This document shows, in pieces, positions 10,414-19,729 of a DNA stretch of 64,000 nucleotides. The first letter of the stretch is position 1. Each line of letters starts with the position of its first letter. The DNA lies in contig CANGLU010000001.1 of the NCBI GenBank assembly GCA_947455025.1, positions 29,106 through 93,105 of the forward strand, written 5' to 3'. The position numbers were made by a program, and so were the translations under genes. The notes under the pieces were generated by a model. The model was not told the DNA's origin. It saw only the letters and a program-made list of their open reading frames with translations, and did not search any database. The DNA is from Hyphomicrobiales bacterium (GTDB lineage Bacteria; Pseudomonadota; Alphaproteobacteria; Rhizobiales; Beijerinckiaceae).

Positions 10414-10433
10414 ATTAATCTTTCGTTAATTCT

Positions 10434-11567
10434 TTAAAGAGCAGGGAGATCGCCCCGCTCCCATCCTTGTTTTGTTTCAGCAATAAAATCATCCAATTGC
10501 CCAAGTGATATGGCTTGACGTAATCCGGACATCAGCTCCTGATAATAAGCGAGATTGATACCGGTTATCAGCATCATACCCAATATCTCTTCCGCCTTTA
10601 CCAGATGATGCAGATAGGCCCGGCTGTAGATGCGCGCCGGTGCCCAATTTGATGTTTCATCAAGCGGGCGATGATCGTCGGCGTGGCGCGCATTGCGCAA
10701 ATTGATTTTTCCATAACGGCTATAGGCCAACCCATGGCGGCCGGCGCGTGTTGGCATCACGCAGTCAAACATATCGACGCCACGACGGACGCTTTCGACG
10801 ATATCATCGGGCGTACCAACACCCATCAAATATCGTGGCTTTTCCTGGGGTAAGAAAGGCTCAACCGTTTCAATCATGCGCAACATGATGTCTTGTGGCT
10901 CACCGACAGCCAAGCCGCCAATGGAATAACCTTTCAGATTCATGTCAGCAAGCGCTTCGGCACTGCGGATGCGCAGCGCTTCCACTGCGCCCCCCTGAAC
11001 AATGCCGAACATGGCCTTGCCGGGTTGATCTCCAAAGGCTGCCGCTGAACGCTCTGCCCAACGAAGCGATAATTCCATCGCCCGTTCGGCCTCACTGTCT
11101 GAACAAGGAAGCTTGACGCATTCATCCAGTTGCATCTGGATATCGGAACCCAAAAGCCCCTGAATTTCGATGGAGCGTTCCGGTGTTAACTCGTGTTTTG
11201 ATCCATCGATATGGGACGAAAAGGTAACGCCTTTTTCGGTAAGCTTGCGTAATTTGGCGAGCGACATAACTTGAAAACCCCCGGAATCCGTCAAAATCGG
11301 ATGAGGCCAATTCATCATATGATGCAAGCCGCCTAAGCGGGCTACCCGTTCGGCACCGGGCCGCAACATCAAATGATAGACGTTGCCCAAAACGATATCG
11401 GCACCCAAGGCGCGAACCTCTTCCGGATGCATGGCTTTGACCGTGCCTGCGGTTCCAACAGGCATAAAAGCTGGCGTGCGAATATCGCCACGCGTTGTGG
11501 CAACAAAACCCGTTCTCGCTTTGCCGTCGCGGGCGGTGACGGTGAATTCGAAACGATCGGACGGCAT
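10434..11567 (-). CDS. tgt: tRNA-guanine transglycosylase (queuine tRNA-ribosyltransferase)
   Basis: The 377-aa ORF contains [15 protein letters not shown]...LTDSGGFQV...DCVMPTR. Confidence 0.97.
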   Translation of the reverse strand: MPSDRFEFTVTARDGKARTGFVATTRGDIRTPAFMPVGTAGTVKAMHPEEVRALGADIVLGNVYHLMLRPGAERVARLGGLHHMMNWPHPILTDSGGFQVMSLAKLRKLTEKGVTFSSHIDGSKHELTPERSIEIQGLLGSDIQMQLDECVKLPCSDSEAERAMELSLRWAERSAAAFGDQPGKAMFGIVQGGAVEALRIRSAEALADMNLKGYSIGGLAVGEPQDIMLRMIETVEPFLPQEKPRYLMGVGTPDDIVESVRRGVDMFDCVMPTRAGRHGLAYSRYGKINLRNARHADDHRPLDETSNWAPARIYSRAYLHHLVKAEEILGMMLITGINLAYYQELMSGLRQAISLGQLDDFIAETKQGWERGDLPAL

Positions 11568-11581
11568 GGGTCCAATTTCCC

Positions 11582-12652
11582 TTAAAAGGCGCAGTGTAAC
11601 AAGCAGGCATCACCATAGGAATAAAAACGATAACCTGATTCAATCGCGTGTTTATAGGCTTTCCGCATTGTGTCGAGCCCTGAAAATGCCGCAACAAGCA
11701 TAAACAAGGTGGAGCGCGGCAGATGAAAATTGGTCATCAACACATCAACAGCCTTAAAAGCGTAACCCGGCGTGATGAAAATAGACGTATCGCCTGACCA
11801 CGCCTTGAAAGATCCATCATCATTTACGGACGACTCCAAAAGCCTAAGCGAGGTGGTGCCAACCGCTACAATACGACCGCCCAATGCCTTGGTTTCGTTA
11901 AGAACCGCAGCTGCTTCTGATGAAATCTCTCCCCATTCGGCATGCATTTTATGATCATCTGTATCGTCAACTTTCACGGGTAGAAACGTTCCAGCTCCCA
12001 CATGCAGCGTAACTTCGGCGAAATGGATGCCGGATAAACGAAGCGTTTTGATCAAGTCTGGCGTAAAATGGAGCCCGGCCGTTGGTGCGGCAACGGCGCC
12101 TGAACGGTCGGCAAACATGGTTTGGTAATCGCGCTCATCGCGATCGTCCTCAGTCCTTTTGGCAGCAATATAGGGTGGTAATGGCATAACGCCGACGGAG
12201 CGAATGGCGACATCAAGTGCTTCACCCGCCACTTCAAAGCGAAAAAGAACCTCGCCTGCATCGCCCTTTTCGATCACCTCTGCGGTGAGCGTTGTGCCAT
12301 TCTCGTGACGTTGAAATTGAACCCTCTCACCAAGCGCAAGTTTCTTTGCTGGTCGAACGAAGGCTCGCCATGTCGTTTCACTTTCGCGTTTGTGAAGGGT
12401 CGCTTCGATGCCAGCGATGGAGGCACCCCGTTGGCGTTTTCCTACCAACCGTGCCGGTAAAACCTTTGTATTATTGACCACAAGACAATCGCCCGCTCGT
12501 AACAAACGGGAAAGATCGTAAACATGAAGATCCGAAAACGGAGATTCGGAATCGGGCTTAACTACCAATAGTTGTGCGCTCTCGCGTGGCTCAGCCGGAC
12601 GTAGGGCAATCCGATCGGATGGCAAATCAAAATCAAAATCTTCAACACGCAT
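11582..12652 (-). CDS. queA: S-adenosylmethionine:tRNA ribosyltransferase-isomerase
   Basis: The 356-aa ORF starts [23 protein letters not shown] and contains ...[13 protein letters not shown]...VGTTSLR. Confidence 0.96.
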   Translation of the reverse strand: MRVEDFDFDLPSDRIALRPAEPRESAQLLVVKPDSESPFSDLHVYDLSRLLRAGDCLVVNNTKVLPARLVGKRQRGASIAGIEATLHKRESETTWRAFVRPAKKLALGERVQFQRHENGTTLTAEVIEKGDAGEVLFRFEVAGEALDVAIRSVGVMPLPPYIAAKRTEDDRDERDYQTMFADRSGAVAAPTAGLHFTPDLIKTLRLSGIHFAEVTLHVGAGTFLPVKVDDTDDHKMHAEWGEISSEAAAVLNETKALGGRIVAVGTTSLRLLESSVNDDGSFKAWSGDTSIFITPGYAFKAVDVLMTNFHLPRSTLFMLVAAFSGLDTMRKAYKHAIESGYRFYSYGDACLLHCAF

Positions 12653-12901
12653 CGGTCGTTTAAAACCCCTAAGCCAAAGGCAAATCTTAATTATGTATGA
12701 ATAATTTTCCGAAATTTAAATCGAGGGAAATAGGTGCGATTTTAATTCAAACACCATCTGCTTCTTAACTTTACCCGCAATAAGTGTGTAGCATTACGTT
12801 GCGTGATGCTGCAAAATTTGTTTCACACTGTTTGCTGCCCCGAATATGTTGCGGGATGACAGCGATTTTTTAAGGCAGGTATTTTCAGTAAGTGTAGTCT
12901 T

Positions 12902-12944
12902 GGCCGGTCGATGATATACACAACATCATCGACCGGTCCTTTTT
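12902..12944 (+). terminator. strong hairpin plus T5, oriented for the plus strand, abutting the ppiB stop codon
   Basis: CCGGTCGATGAT (12904-12915) pairs perfectly with ATCATCGACCGG (12925-12936). The pairing extends to 14 bp with G902-C938 and G903-T937, and the loop is 9 nt. TTTTT at 12940-12944 follows only on the plus strand. The minus-strand reading has an A-tract before the stem and no U-tract after it. Confidence 0.6.
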
Positions 12945-12945
12945 A

Positions 12946-13515
12946 TCAGCGCAATTCAACGCTAGCTGTCACGATCTTATCTGGATCACGAACTGGCTCG
13001 CCGCGCTTGATCTTGTCGACATTCTCCATGCCTTCAACAACCTGACCCCAGACCGTGTATTGGCGGTCCAAGAAACGGGCATTGTCGAAGCAGATAAAGA
13101 ATTGGCTATCGCCAGAATCTGGATTTTGTGAACGGGCCATCGAGCAAATTCCGCGCACATGCGGTTCGGCATTAAACTCTGCTTTCAGTTTATGGCCGGA
13201 ACCACCCATACCCGTACCGGTGGGATCCCCGGTTTGCGCCATAAAACCATCAATGACGCGATGAAACACAACGCCATCATAAAACTTGGATTTAGCGAGT
13301 TCTGAAATCCGAGCCACATGGTTTGGTGCTAAATCGGGACGGAACTTAATAACAACCGTACCCTTGGTTGTTTCAAGCACGAGATGCTCTACGCCATCAG
13401 CCTTCTTTTCAGCAGGTGCCTTTTTCGGAGCTGCGGCCTTTGGCGCCGCTGCTTTTTTTGCCGGCGCTTTTTTTGCTGCTGGCTTCTTTTCCGTTGTTGT
13501 CGTGTCCTTAGCCAT
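12946..13515 (-). CDS. ppiB: cyclophilin-type peptidyl-prolyl isomerase with a Lys/Ala/Pro-rich N-terminal tail
   Basis: The 189-aa ORF has a cyclophilin core ([24 protein letters not shown]...SMARSQNPDSGDSQFFICF). It is preceded by MAKDTTTTEKKPAAKKAPAKKAAAPKAAAPKKAPAEKKA. An AAGGAAG RBS precedes the ATG. Confidence 0.93.
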   Translation of the reverse strand: MAKDTTTTEKKPAAKKAPAKKAAAPKAAAPKKAPAEKKADGVEHLVLETTKGTVVIKFRPDLAPNHVARISELAKSKFYDGVVFHRVIDGFMAQTGDPTGTGMGGSGHKLKAEFNAEPHVRGICSMARSQNPDSGDSQFFICFDNARFLDRQYTVWGQVVEGMENVDKIKRGEPVRDPDKIVTASVELR

Positions 13516-13530
13516 CGTACTCGCTTCCTT

Positions 13531-14062
13531 TTACTTAGCGTCTTCCATCATTTGCATTTTGATTATTTTGTCCGGATTTTTTACCGGCTCGCCGCGCTTA
13601 ATTTTGTCAACAAATTCCATACCGGATACGACTTCGCCAAACACGGTGTATTTTCCGTTCAGAAAAGCAGCGGGTCCGAAACAGATAAAAAATTGGGAAT
13701 TGGCCGAATTCGGATCATTCGAACGGGCCATGCCGAGTGTGCCGCGGTTAAAGGGTTGCAGGGGTAAATTCGGCTGGCAGATTGGGGAGATCGGAGCCGC
13801 CCATTCCAGTGCCCGTCGGATCGCCCGTTTGTGCCATAAAGCCATCGATCACCCGATGAAACACGATGCCGTTATAAAAGCCGCGTTTCACCAGCTCCTT
13901 GATTTGTGCGACGTGTTTCGGCGCCAAATCCGGCCGTAATTGAATAATGACTCGGCCATCTTTTGTATCAAGATAAACGGTATTCGCCGGATCGGGCGCT
14001 TGCGCATGAGCGTAGCCAACACCCACGGCGATGACCAAAGCAAGGCAGAGTGATTTAAACAT
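13531..14062 (-). pseudogene. ppiA: periplasmic cyclophilin-type peptidyl-prolyl isomerase, interrupted by a +1 frameshift
   Basis: Two overlapping ORFs (13748..14062 and 13531..13845) lie in adjacent frames. They encode the N-terminal half (signal peptide MFKSLCLALVIAVGVGYAHA, ...[33 protein letters not shown]) and the C-terminal half ([27 protein letters not shown]...). Removing one G from the GGGG run at 13761-13764 restores ...AEFTLQPFNRG.... Confidence 0.85.
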
Positions 14063-14095
14063 TCAATGCTCCAAAATATGTTTTTAGTCAGTTAT

Positions 14096-14611
14096 TTAGC
14101 GCGATGCTTTAAGCTTTTGAGCGAGGCCGTTAGCAACAAAATCCGGCACAAAAGCCGATACATCGCCGCCCATCATGGCGATTTGACGCACCAAAGTGGC
14201 CGTGATCGGGCGCACCATGGGGGATGAAGGTAAAAAAACCGTTTGGATATCGGGTGCCAATGATTGGTTCATCCCTGCCATCTGCATCTCGTAATCGAGA
14301 TCGGTCCCATCGCGAAGGCCGCGGATCAGTAGTGTCGCTCCGTGTGATTTAGCCGCCTCGACCGCCAAACCGTCAAAGGTTATTACTTCAACTTGTACGC
14401 CGTCCGACGACGCAAAGGAGCGACACGCCTCTTTGATCATGGCCGCCCGTTCTTCGGGCGAGAACAAAGGTGCCTTACCCGGATGCACGCCAATCGCAAC
14501 GATTAAATGATCGGCGAGTTGGCAAGCATGCCGCAACACATCAACATGGCCATTGGTTACCGGATCAAAGGAACCCGCATAAAAGGCCTTTCGAGATGTC
14601 TTGACTGGCAT
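14096..14611 (-). CDS. coaD: phosphopantetheine adenylyltransferase
   Basis: The 171-aa ORF contains [18 protein letters not shown], the (T/H)xGH nucleotidyltransferase motif. Confidence 0.95.
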   Translation of the reverse strand: MPVKTSRKAFYAGSFDPVTNGHVDVLRHACQLADHLIVAIGVHPGKAPLFSPEERAAMIKEACRSFASSDGVQVEVITFDGLAVEAAKSHGATLLIRGLRDGTDLDYEMQMAGMNQSLAPDIQTVFLPSSPMVRPITATLVRQIAMMGGDVSAFVPDFVANGLAQKLKASR

Positions 14612-14634
14612 TGATAGCCCCTCGCCTTCCCGTC

Positions 14635-17370
14635 TCAGCTTTCGGCAAATTCGTCGGATGCTTCGTCCGTGTTGCCATACTCAAGCCCCTCATCGCTGAT
14701 GCGCTCAACCGATACAACATGCTCACCTTCTGCCGTATCAAAGATCGTGACGCCTTGGGTGCCACGTCCGGCAACGCGGATACCGTCAACCGGACAACGG
14801 ATAAGCTGACCGCCATCGGTGACGAGCATAATCTGATCCGATTGATCGACGGGGAATGAAGCAACCAACTTACCATTACGGTCATTGACAACCATCGCAA
14901 CGATGCCCTTACCGCCACGGCCCGTAATACGGATCTCATAGGCAGAGCTCCGTTTGCCATACCCATTTTCCGAAATGGTCAGAACAACCTGCTCGCGCGC
15001 AGAAAGCTCGGCATAACGCTCTTGCGAAATCGCGGCATCAACGACGTTTTCCTCATCCGATGGTTCCTCGATGCCGACTTCACCCGCAATAGCGCGGCGC
15101 ATCTTGATATAGGCCGAACGTTCGTCGGCCGTTGCGTCCACGTGATGCAGGATCGACATCGAGATCACATTGTCGCCCTTAGCAAGCGAAATGCCTCGAA
15201 CACCGGTTGAATCGCGACCCTTGAAGACGCGGACCTCATCGACAGAGAAGCGGATACACTGACCATTGGCCGTTGTAAGCAGAACGTCATCTTCCGACGT
15301 GCAAATCTGCACATCGACGATGGCGTCGCCTTCGTCGAGCTTCATCGCGATTTTGCCCGCACGGTTGATCGTGACAAAATCGGAAAGCTTATTGCGTCGG
15401 ACATTGCCATCAGCGGTTGCAAACATCACGTCCAAACGATCCCAGTCTTCCTCATTCTCGGGAAGCGGCATGATGGTCGTGATCCGCTCGTCTTTTTCAA
15501 GCGGCAACATATTAATCAGCGCCTTACCGCGGGCGTTTGGCGCGGCTTCCGGCAAGCGCCAGACCTTTTCCTTGTACACTTGCCCAAGTGACGAGAAGAA
15601 CAGGATCGGCGTGTGGGTGGAAGCGACGAAGAGGCGCGAGACGAAATCCTCGTCACGGGTTTGCATGCCCGAGCGGCCTTTGCCGCCACGGCGTTGCGCG
15701 CGATAGGTCGAAAGCGGAACGCGTTTGATATAACCCGCATGCGATACGGTAACGACCATATCCTGACGTTGAATGAGATCCTCATCGTCAAGATCGGCGT
15801 CCCATTCGGTAATGGTCGTGCGGCGCGGTGTCGCAAAAGCCGACTTTACCTCGTTTAATTCGTCGGAGATGATGCCCATTACGCGGACACGAGAGCGAAG
15901 AATGTCGAGATAATCAGCAATTTCAGCGGCAATTGTATTGAGCTCATCCGAGATTTCATCGCGCCCAAGTGCGGTTAACCGAGCAAGGCGCAATTCCAAA
16001 ATCGCGCGGGCCTGTGCTTCGGACAGCCGATATGTACCCTCTGTCGACACTTTATGGCGCGGATCATCAATCAACTCGATTAGCGAGGCCACATCTCTGG
16101 CTGGCCATTCCCGCGTCATCAGCAATTCACGCGCGGTATTCGGGTCTGGCGCGGTACGAATGAGATGGATGACCTCGTCAATATTGGCGACGGCAATGGC
16201 CAAACCAACCAACACATGACACCGATCGCGCGCTTTTCCGAGGCGGAATTTGGTACGACGGGTCACCACTTCTTCGCGGAATTCGACGAAGGCGCGGATA
16301 AAGTCGAGGAGCGTAAAGACTTCCGGGCGGCCGCCATTTAGCGCCACCATGTTGCAGCCAAAGCTTGACTGAAGCTGCGTGAAGCGCCAAAGCTGGTTGA
16401 GCACCACATCGCCAACGGCATCGCGCTTGAGTTCAATGACGATACGCATTCCGTCACGGTCGGACTCGTCGCGCAGGTCGGAAATACCTTCGACCTTCTT
16501 CTCCCGAACGAGTTCGGCGATTTTTTCAATCAGCGTCGATTTATTCACCTGATACGGAATTTCCGTAATGATGATGGCCTCGCGCCCCTGACGCAGCTCC
16601 TCAATCGACGATTTGCAGCGGACCATGACCGAACCACGGCCGGTGTGATAGGCATTGCGAACGCCGCCGCGGCCTAAAATCGTTCCACCCGTCGGAAAAT
16701 CCGGACCGGGTACGATTTCGATCAGCTGATCGATGGAGATCGCAGGATCCGCGATATAGGCTAGCGATGCATCAATGACTTCGCCCAGATTATGGGGCGG
16801 AATATTGGTGGCCATGCCAACGGCAATACCGCCGGCACCATTCACCAATAGATTGGGAAAACGCGCCGGTAAAACGACAGGTTCATGCTCGCTGCCGTCA
16901 TAATTGGGCTGGAAATCAACCGTATCTTCGTCAAGGTCGTTGACGATCGACATAGCCGCCTTTTCAAGCCGAACTTCCGTATACCGCATCGCAGCCGCCG
17001 GATCGCCATCCACCGAGCCGAAATTACCCTGACCATCAATCAGCGGCAGCCGCATCGAAAAATTCTGGGCCATACGAACCAGCGCGTCATAGATCGATTG
17101 GTCACCATGTGGATGGTATTTACCAATCACGTCACCGACGACGCGGGCTGATTTGCGGTAGGCTTTATCGGGCGTGTAACCATTTTCGATCATCGAATAG
17201 AGAATTCGGCGATGAACCGGCTTCAAACCGTCGCGCGCATCAGGTAGAGCGCGCGAGACAATCACACTCATCGCATAATCGAGATAGGAACGGCGCATCT
17301 CGTCGGTGATGGAAACCGGACGAATATCTTGCGGAACGGGTACAGGAGGCGTTGGGGTCTTATCGGACAA
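14635..17370 (-). CDS. gyrA: DNA gyrase subunit A
   Basis: Contains [31 protein letters not shown] and the C-terminal beta-pinwheel repeats. There is no ATG upstream of the conserved core. The ORF-track start at 17385 is a TTG lying inside a U-tract. I prefer the TTG at 17370, which gives MSDKTPTPP...; the start remains uncertain. Confidence 0.95.
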   Translation of the reverse strand: MSDKTPTPPVPVPQDIRPVSITDEMRRSYLDYAMSVIVSRALPDARDGLKPVHRRILYSMIENGYTPDKAYRKSARVVGDVIGKYHPHGDQSIYDALVRMAQNFSMRLPLIDGQGNFGSVDGDPAAAMRYTEVRLEKAAMSIVNDLDEDTVDFQPNYDGSEHEPVVLPARFPNLLVNGAGGIAVGMATNIPPHNLGEVIDASLAYIADPAISIDQLIEIVPGPDFPTGGTILGRGGVRNAYHTGRGSVMVRCKSSIEELRQGREAIIITEIPYQVNKSTLIEKIAELVREKKVEGISDLRDESDRDGMRIVIELKRDAVGDVVLNQLWRFTQLQSSFGCNMVALNGGRPEVFTLLDFIRAFVEFREEVVTRRTKFRLGKARDRCHVLVGLAIAVANIDEVIHLIRTAPDPNTARELLMTREWPARDVASLIELIDDPRHKVSTEGTYRLSEAQARAILELRLARLTALGRDEISDELNTIAAEIADYLDILRSRVRVMGIISDELNEVKSAFATPRRTTITEWDADLDDEDLIQRQDMVVTVSHAGYIKRVPLSTYRAQRRGGKGRSGMQTRDEDFVSRLFVASTHTPILFFSSLGQVYKEKVWRLPEAAPNARGKALINMLPLEKDERITTIMPLPENEEDWDRLDVMFATADGNVRRNKLSDFVTINRAGKIAMKLDEGDAIVDVQICTSEDDVLLTTANGQCIRFSVDEVRVFKGRDSTGVRGISLAKGDNVISMSILHHVDATADERSAYIKMRRAIAGEVGIEEPSDEENVVDAAISQERYAELSAREQVVLTISENGYGKRSSAYEIRITGRGGKGIVAMVVNDRNGKLVASFPVDQSDQIMLVTDGGQLIRCPVDGIRVAGRGTQGVTIFDTAEGEHVVSVERISDEGLEYGNTDEASDEFAES

Positions 17371-17383
17371 AATGCAGACTCGC

Positions 17384-17412
17384 AAAAAACGGGCAGAATC
17401 ACTGCCGTTTTT
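17384..17412 (-). promoter_or_regulatory. terminator-like hairpin (A6-stem-T5) in the gyrA leader
   Basis: The plus strand reads AAAAAAC-GG(G)CAG-aatca-CTGCCG-TTTTT. Read on the minus strand, a 6-bp stem with one bulge is followed by UUUUUU and ends about 13 nt before the preferred gyrA start. Confidence 0.4.
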
Positions 17413-17502
17413 CTAGCCGATTCCAGTCGCGGGCACTATCGTTATTAACCCGTCATCCACTTAGGGAATTCAACGGTTTTTCATATGGTTAGCACAGAAG
17501 TC

Positions 17503-17540
17503 TCAAACAAAGGCGGCAACCGACCGTGCCGGATGCCGCC
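17503..17540 (-). terminator. intrinsic terminator of dctA
   Basis: GGCGGCA (17512-17518) pairs with TGCCGCC (17534-17540). On the minus strand the stem is followed by UUUGUUUG, and it lies about 40 nt downstream of the dctA stop. Confidence 0.6.
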
Positions 17541-17580
17541 AAATGTCACACATCCTTACAAAATAACGGCTTTTAGCGGC

Positions 17581-18891
17581 TTAGCCGGTCGTAATGGCCG
17601 TCTGAACGTCAGAGGGATCAATTTCGCGGTTTAAACCGCGCGTAAGCTTCGTGCGATCAAGCTCGCCTTCCCACCACGATACGACAACGCACGCCACGCC
17701 ATTGCCCGTCAAATTCGTCAGCGCCCGGCATTCGCTCATGAATTTATCGATACCCAGGACAATCGCCATACCGGGAACCAATTCCGGCCTAATAGCCGCC
17801 AAGGTCGCTGCCAGAGTAATAAAACCAGCTCCTGTAATGCCGCTGGCGCCCTTCGAGGTTAGCATGGCCACGCCTAGGATGATGAGCTGTTCGTTAAAGC
17901 TCAGCGGCACGTTTAGCGCTTGGGCAATGAACAAGGTTGCAAGCGTCATATAGATATTGGTGCCATCAAGATTGAACGAGTAACCGGTCGGCACCACAAG
18001 ACCAACGACTGGCTTCGAGCAGCCAAGACGTTCCAACTTCTCCATCAATTGGGGCAAAGCGGATTCCGACGAGCTCGTTCCAAGCACGATCAGCAACTCA
18101 TCTTTGATATAGGCGATGAATTTGAAGATCGAGAACCCCGCTACACGAGCGATGAGGCCTAAAACGACAACCACGAAGAGGATGGAGGTGAGATAGAAGG
18201 TAGCAATTAATCCAGCGAGATTGCCCAAAGCTTGAGGCCCATAACGACCAATGGTGAAGGCCATGGCGCCAAAGGCACCAATCGGAGCCGCCTTGACGAT
18301 AATGGCAATGACGCCGAAAACCGCATGCGCCATGTCATCAACGAGGCGGCGAACAGCATGGCCCTTTTCTCCCAAAGCCATCAGCGAAAAACCGAAAAGA
18401 ACGGCAAATAGCAAGACTTGCAAGACATCGCCCTTCGCAAAGGCGCCAACGACGCTATCCGGAATAATATTCAGAACGAAATCCGAGGCCTTCATTTCGC
18501 CGGCTTGTTTCAAAAATCCAGCAACTGCATTTGCATCGGGCTTTCCAGAGAACCCGGCACCCGGTTGCACGATATTGGCTACCAAAAGGCCAATAATCAG
18601 CGCGAAGGTTGATACGATTTCGAAATAAACCAGGGCCTTAACGCCTAGACGGCCCACTTTGCGGGCATCTGAAATATGCGCAATGCCTGATACGACGGTG
18701 CAGAAAATGATCGGAGCGATCACCATCTTGATCAGTTTTACAAACCCGTCGCCAAGTCCTTTGATCCAATCATTCTTGGCAAATTCTGGCGATAGCCAAC
18801 CAACAACAATACCTAACGCAACAGCAACTAAAACCTGAAAATAAAGACGTTGAACAAGTGGCTTTTTCGAGCCTGCGGACGCGTTAGCCAT
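17581..18891 (-). CDS. dctA: C4-dicarboxylate:cation symporter
   Basis: The 436-aa ORF belongs to the DAACS family (...[15 protein letters not shown]...[14 protein letters not shown]...). Confidence 0.95.
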   Translation of the reverse strand: MANASAGSKKPLVQRLYFQVLVAVALGIVVGWLSPEFAKNDWIKGLGDGFVKLIKMVIAPIIFCTVVSGIAHISDARKVGRLGVKALVYFEIVSTFALIIGLLVANIVQPGAGFSGKPDANAVAGFLKQAGEMKASDFVLNIIPDSVVGAFAKGDVLQVLLFAVLFGFSLMALGEKGHAVRRLVDDMAHAVFGVIAIIVKAAPIGAFGAMAFTIGRYGPQALGNLAGLIATFYLTSILFVVVVLGLIARVAGFSIFKFIAYIKDELLIVLGTSSSESALPQLMEKLERLGCSKPVVGLVVPTGYSFNLDGTNIYMTLATLFIAQALNVPLSFNEQLIILGVAMLTSKGASGITGAGFITLAATLAAIRPELVPGMAIVLGIDKFMSECRALTNLTGNGVACVVVSWWEGELDRTKLTRGLNREIDPSDVQTAITTG

Positions 18892-19014
18892 TATTATAAT
18901 CCCCCGATTTCCGGCCCCGTTTTTGTTTGGGCACCTTGTAAACTAAGAGATTCTTATATGGATTCATCAAGCCGTCAAATGATGGCGCCGGCTATCGTAC
19001 GATTAATGCTAATC

Positions 19015-19494
19015 TTAGAAAGGGATATCGTCATCCAAATCGCTGCGACCACCCGGAGCAGTCATGGCCGGACGCGAACCCGATGAACTGCCCCCACCAT
19101 AGCTAACCGAACCGCCCTCGCCCGTGTCAGACGATCCGCCAGAACGGCCATCCAATAGTGTCATCTCGCCCCGGTAGCGTTGCAAAACAACTTCGGTTGC
19201 TTGACGTTCGGCACCATTTTTATCGGTAAATTTCCGGGTTTGCAGTGAACCTTCAAGATATAGTTTCGAGCCCTTTTTGACATATTGCTCGGCTACCTTA
19301 GCCAGATTCTCGTTAAAAATCACGATATTATGCCATTCCGTCCGCTCTTTACGCTCACCCGTTGCCTTGTCGCGCCACGTTTCCGAGGTCGCTAAGCTGA
19401 AATTGCAAACCGGTTCACCAGAACCGAGGCGGCGAATTTCGGGGTCACGACCAACATTACCAACCAGAATAACCTTGTTCACGCTTCCTGACAT
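19015..19494 (-). CDS. ssb: single-stranded DNA-binding protein
   Basis: ORF 19015..19545 trimmed to the ATG at 19494, which is preceded by AAGGAGAG. The product starts MSGSVNKVILVGNVGRDPEIR, has a Gly/Ser-rich linker and ends in the acidic tip DLDDDIPF. Confidence 0.95.
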   Translation of the reverse strand: MSGSVNKVILVGNVGRDPEIRRLGSGEPVCNFSLATSETWRDKATGERKERTEWHNIVIFNENLAKVAEQYVKKGSKLYLEGSLQTRKFTDKNGAERQATEVVLQRYRGEMTLLDGRSGGSSDTGEGGSVSYGGGSSSGSRPAMTAPGGRSDLDDDIPF

Positions 19495-19575
19495 ATCCGC
19501 TCTCCTTCGATCCGAACTCAATTTCTGTACGGGACCATAGCGCAAGCATTCGAAATTACTTCCCGAGCAAGCGCG

Positions 19576-19584
19576 TTATCCACA
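19576..19584 (+). promoter_or_regulatory. perfect DnaA-box consensus (TTATCCACA) in the ssb-uvrA divergent region
   Basis: The 9-mer matches exactly. It is a single copy, so a chance occurrence in 64 kb is not negligible. Confidence 0.3.
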
Positions 19585-19598
19585 CAAGGCGACCAAAT

Positions 19599-19613
19599 GT
19601 TCGCTTTATGTTC
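19599..19613. promoter_or_regulatory. alphaproteobacterial LexA (SOS) box shared by divergent ssb and uvrA
   Basis: GTTCgctttatGTTC matches the GTTC-N7-GTTC (GAAC-N7-GAAC) direct repeat known as the LexA operator in Rhodobacter and the Rhizobiales. It sits between two classic SOS genes. Confidence 0.7.
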
Positions 19614-19729
19614 TCATCCAAAACCATTATTATGCGTAAGTCAATCGAAGTTTTAAGCGAAAGCATGGCGTTTTTATCCCCGCAGCATTAGGTAAAGCGC
19701 TCCCCGTTCATCGAAGGAATACAAGCCCC

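Noticed and set aside
13286-13939. A 217-aa plus-strand ORF spanning ppiB and ppiA.
   Set aside because: It lies entirely antisense to two well-supported cyclophilin genes. Its sequence is low-complexity (AFFGAAAFGAAAFFAG...), the mirror image of the AKKA-repeat region. It has no RBS and no recognisable domain.
18892-19014. I searched the dctA upstream region for a sigma54 (TGGCAC-N5-TTGC) promoter and for DctD-type control, and looked for an ssb terminator.
   Set aside because: There is no GG-N10-GC element with correct spacing (the closest is aaGGtgcccaaaca), and no dctBD genes are nearby. Only a weak 5-bp hairpin follows ssb. Nothing here is supportable.
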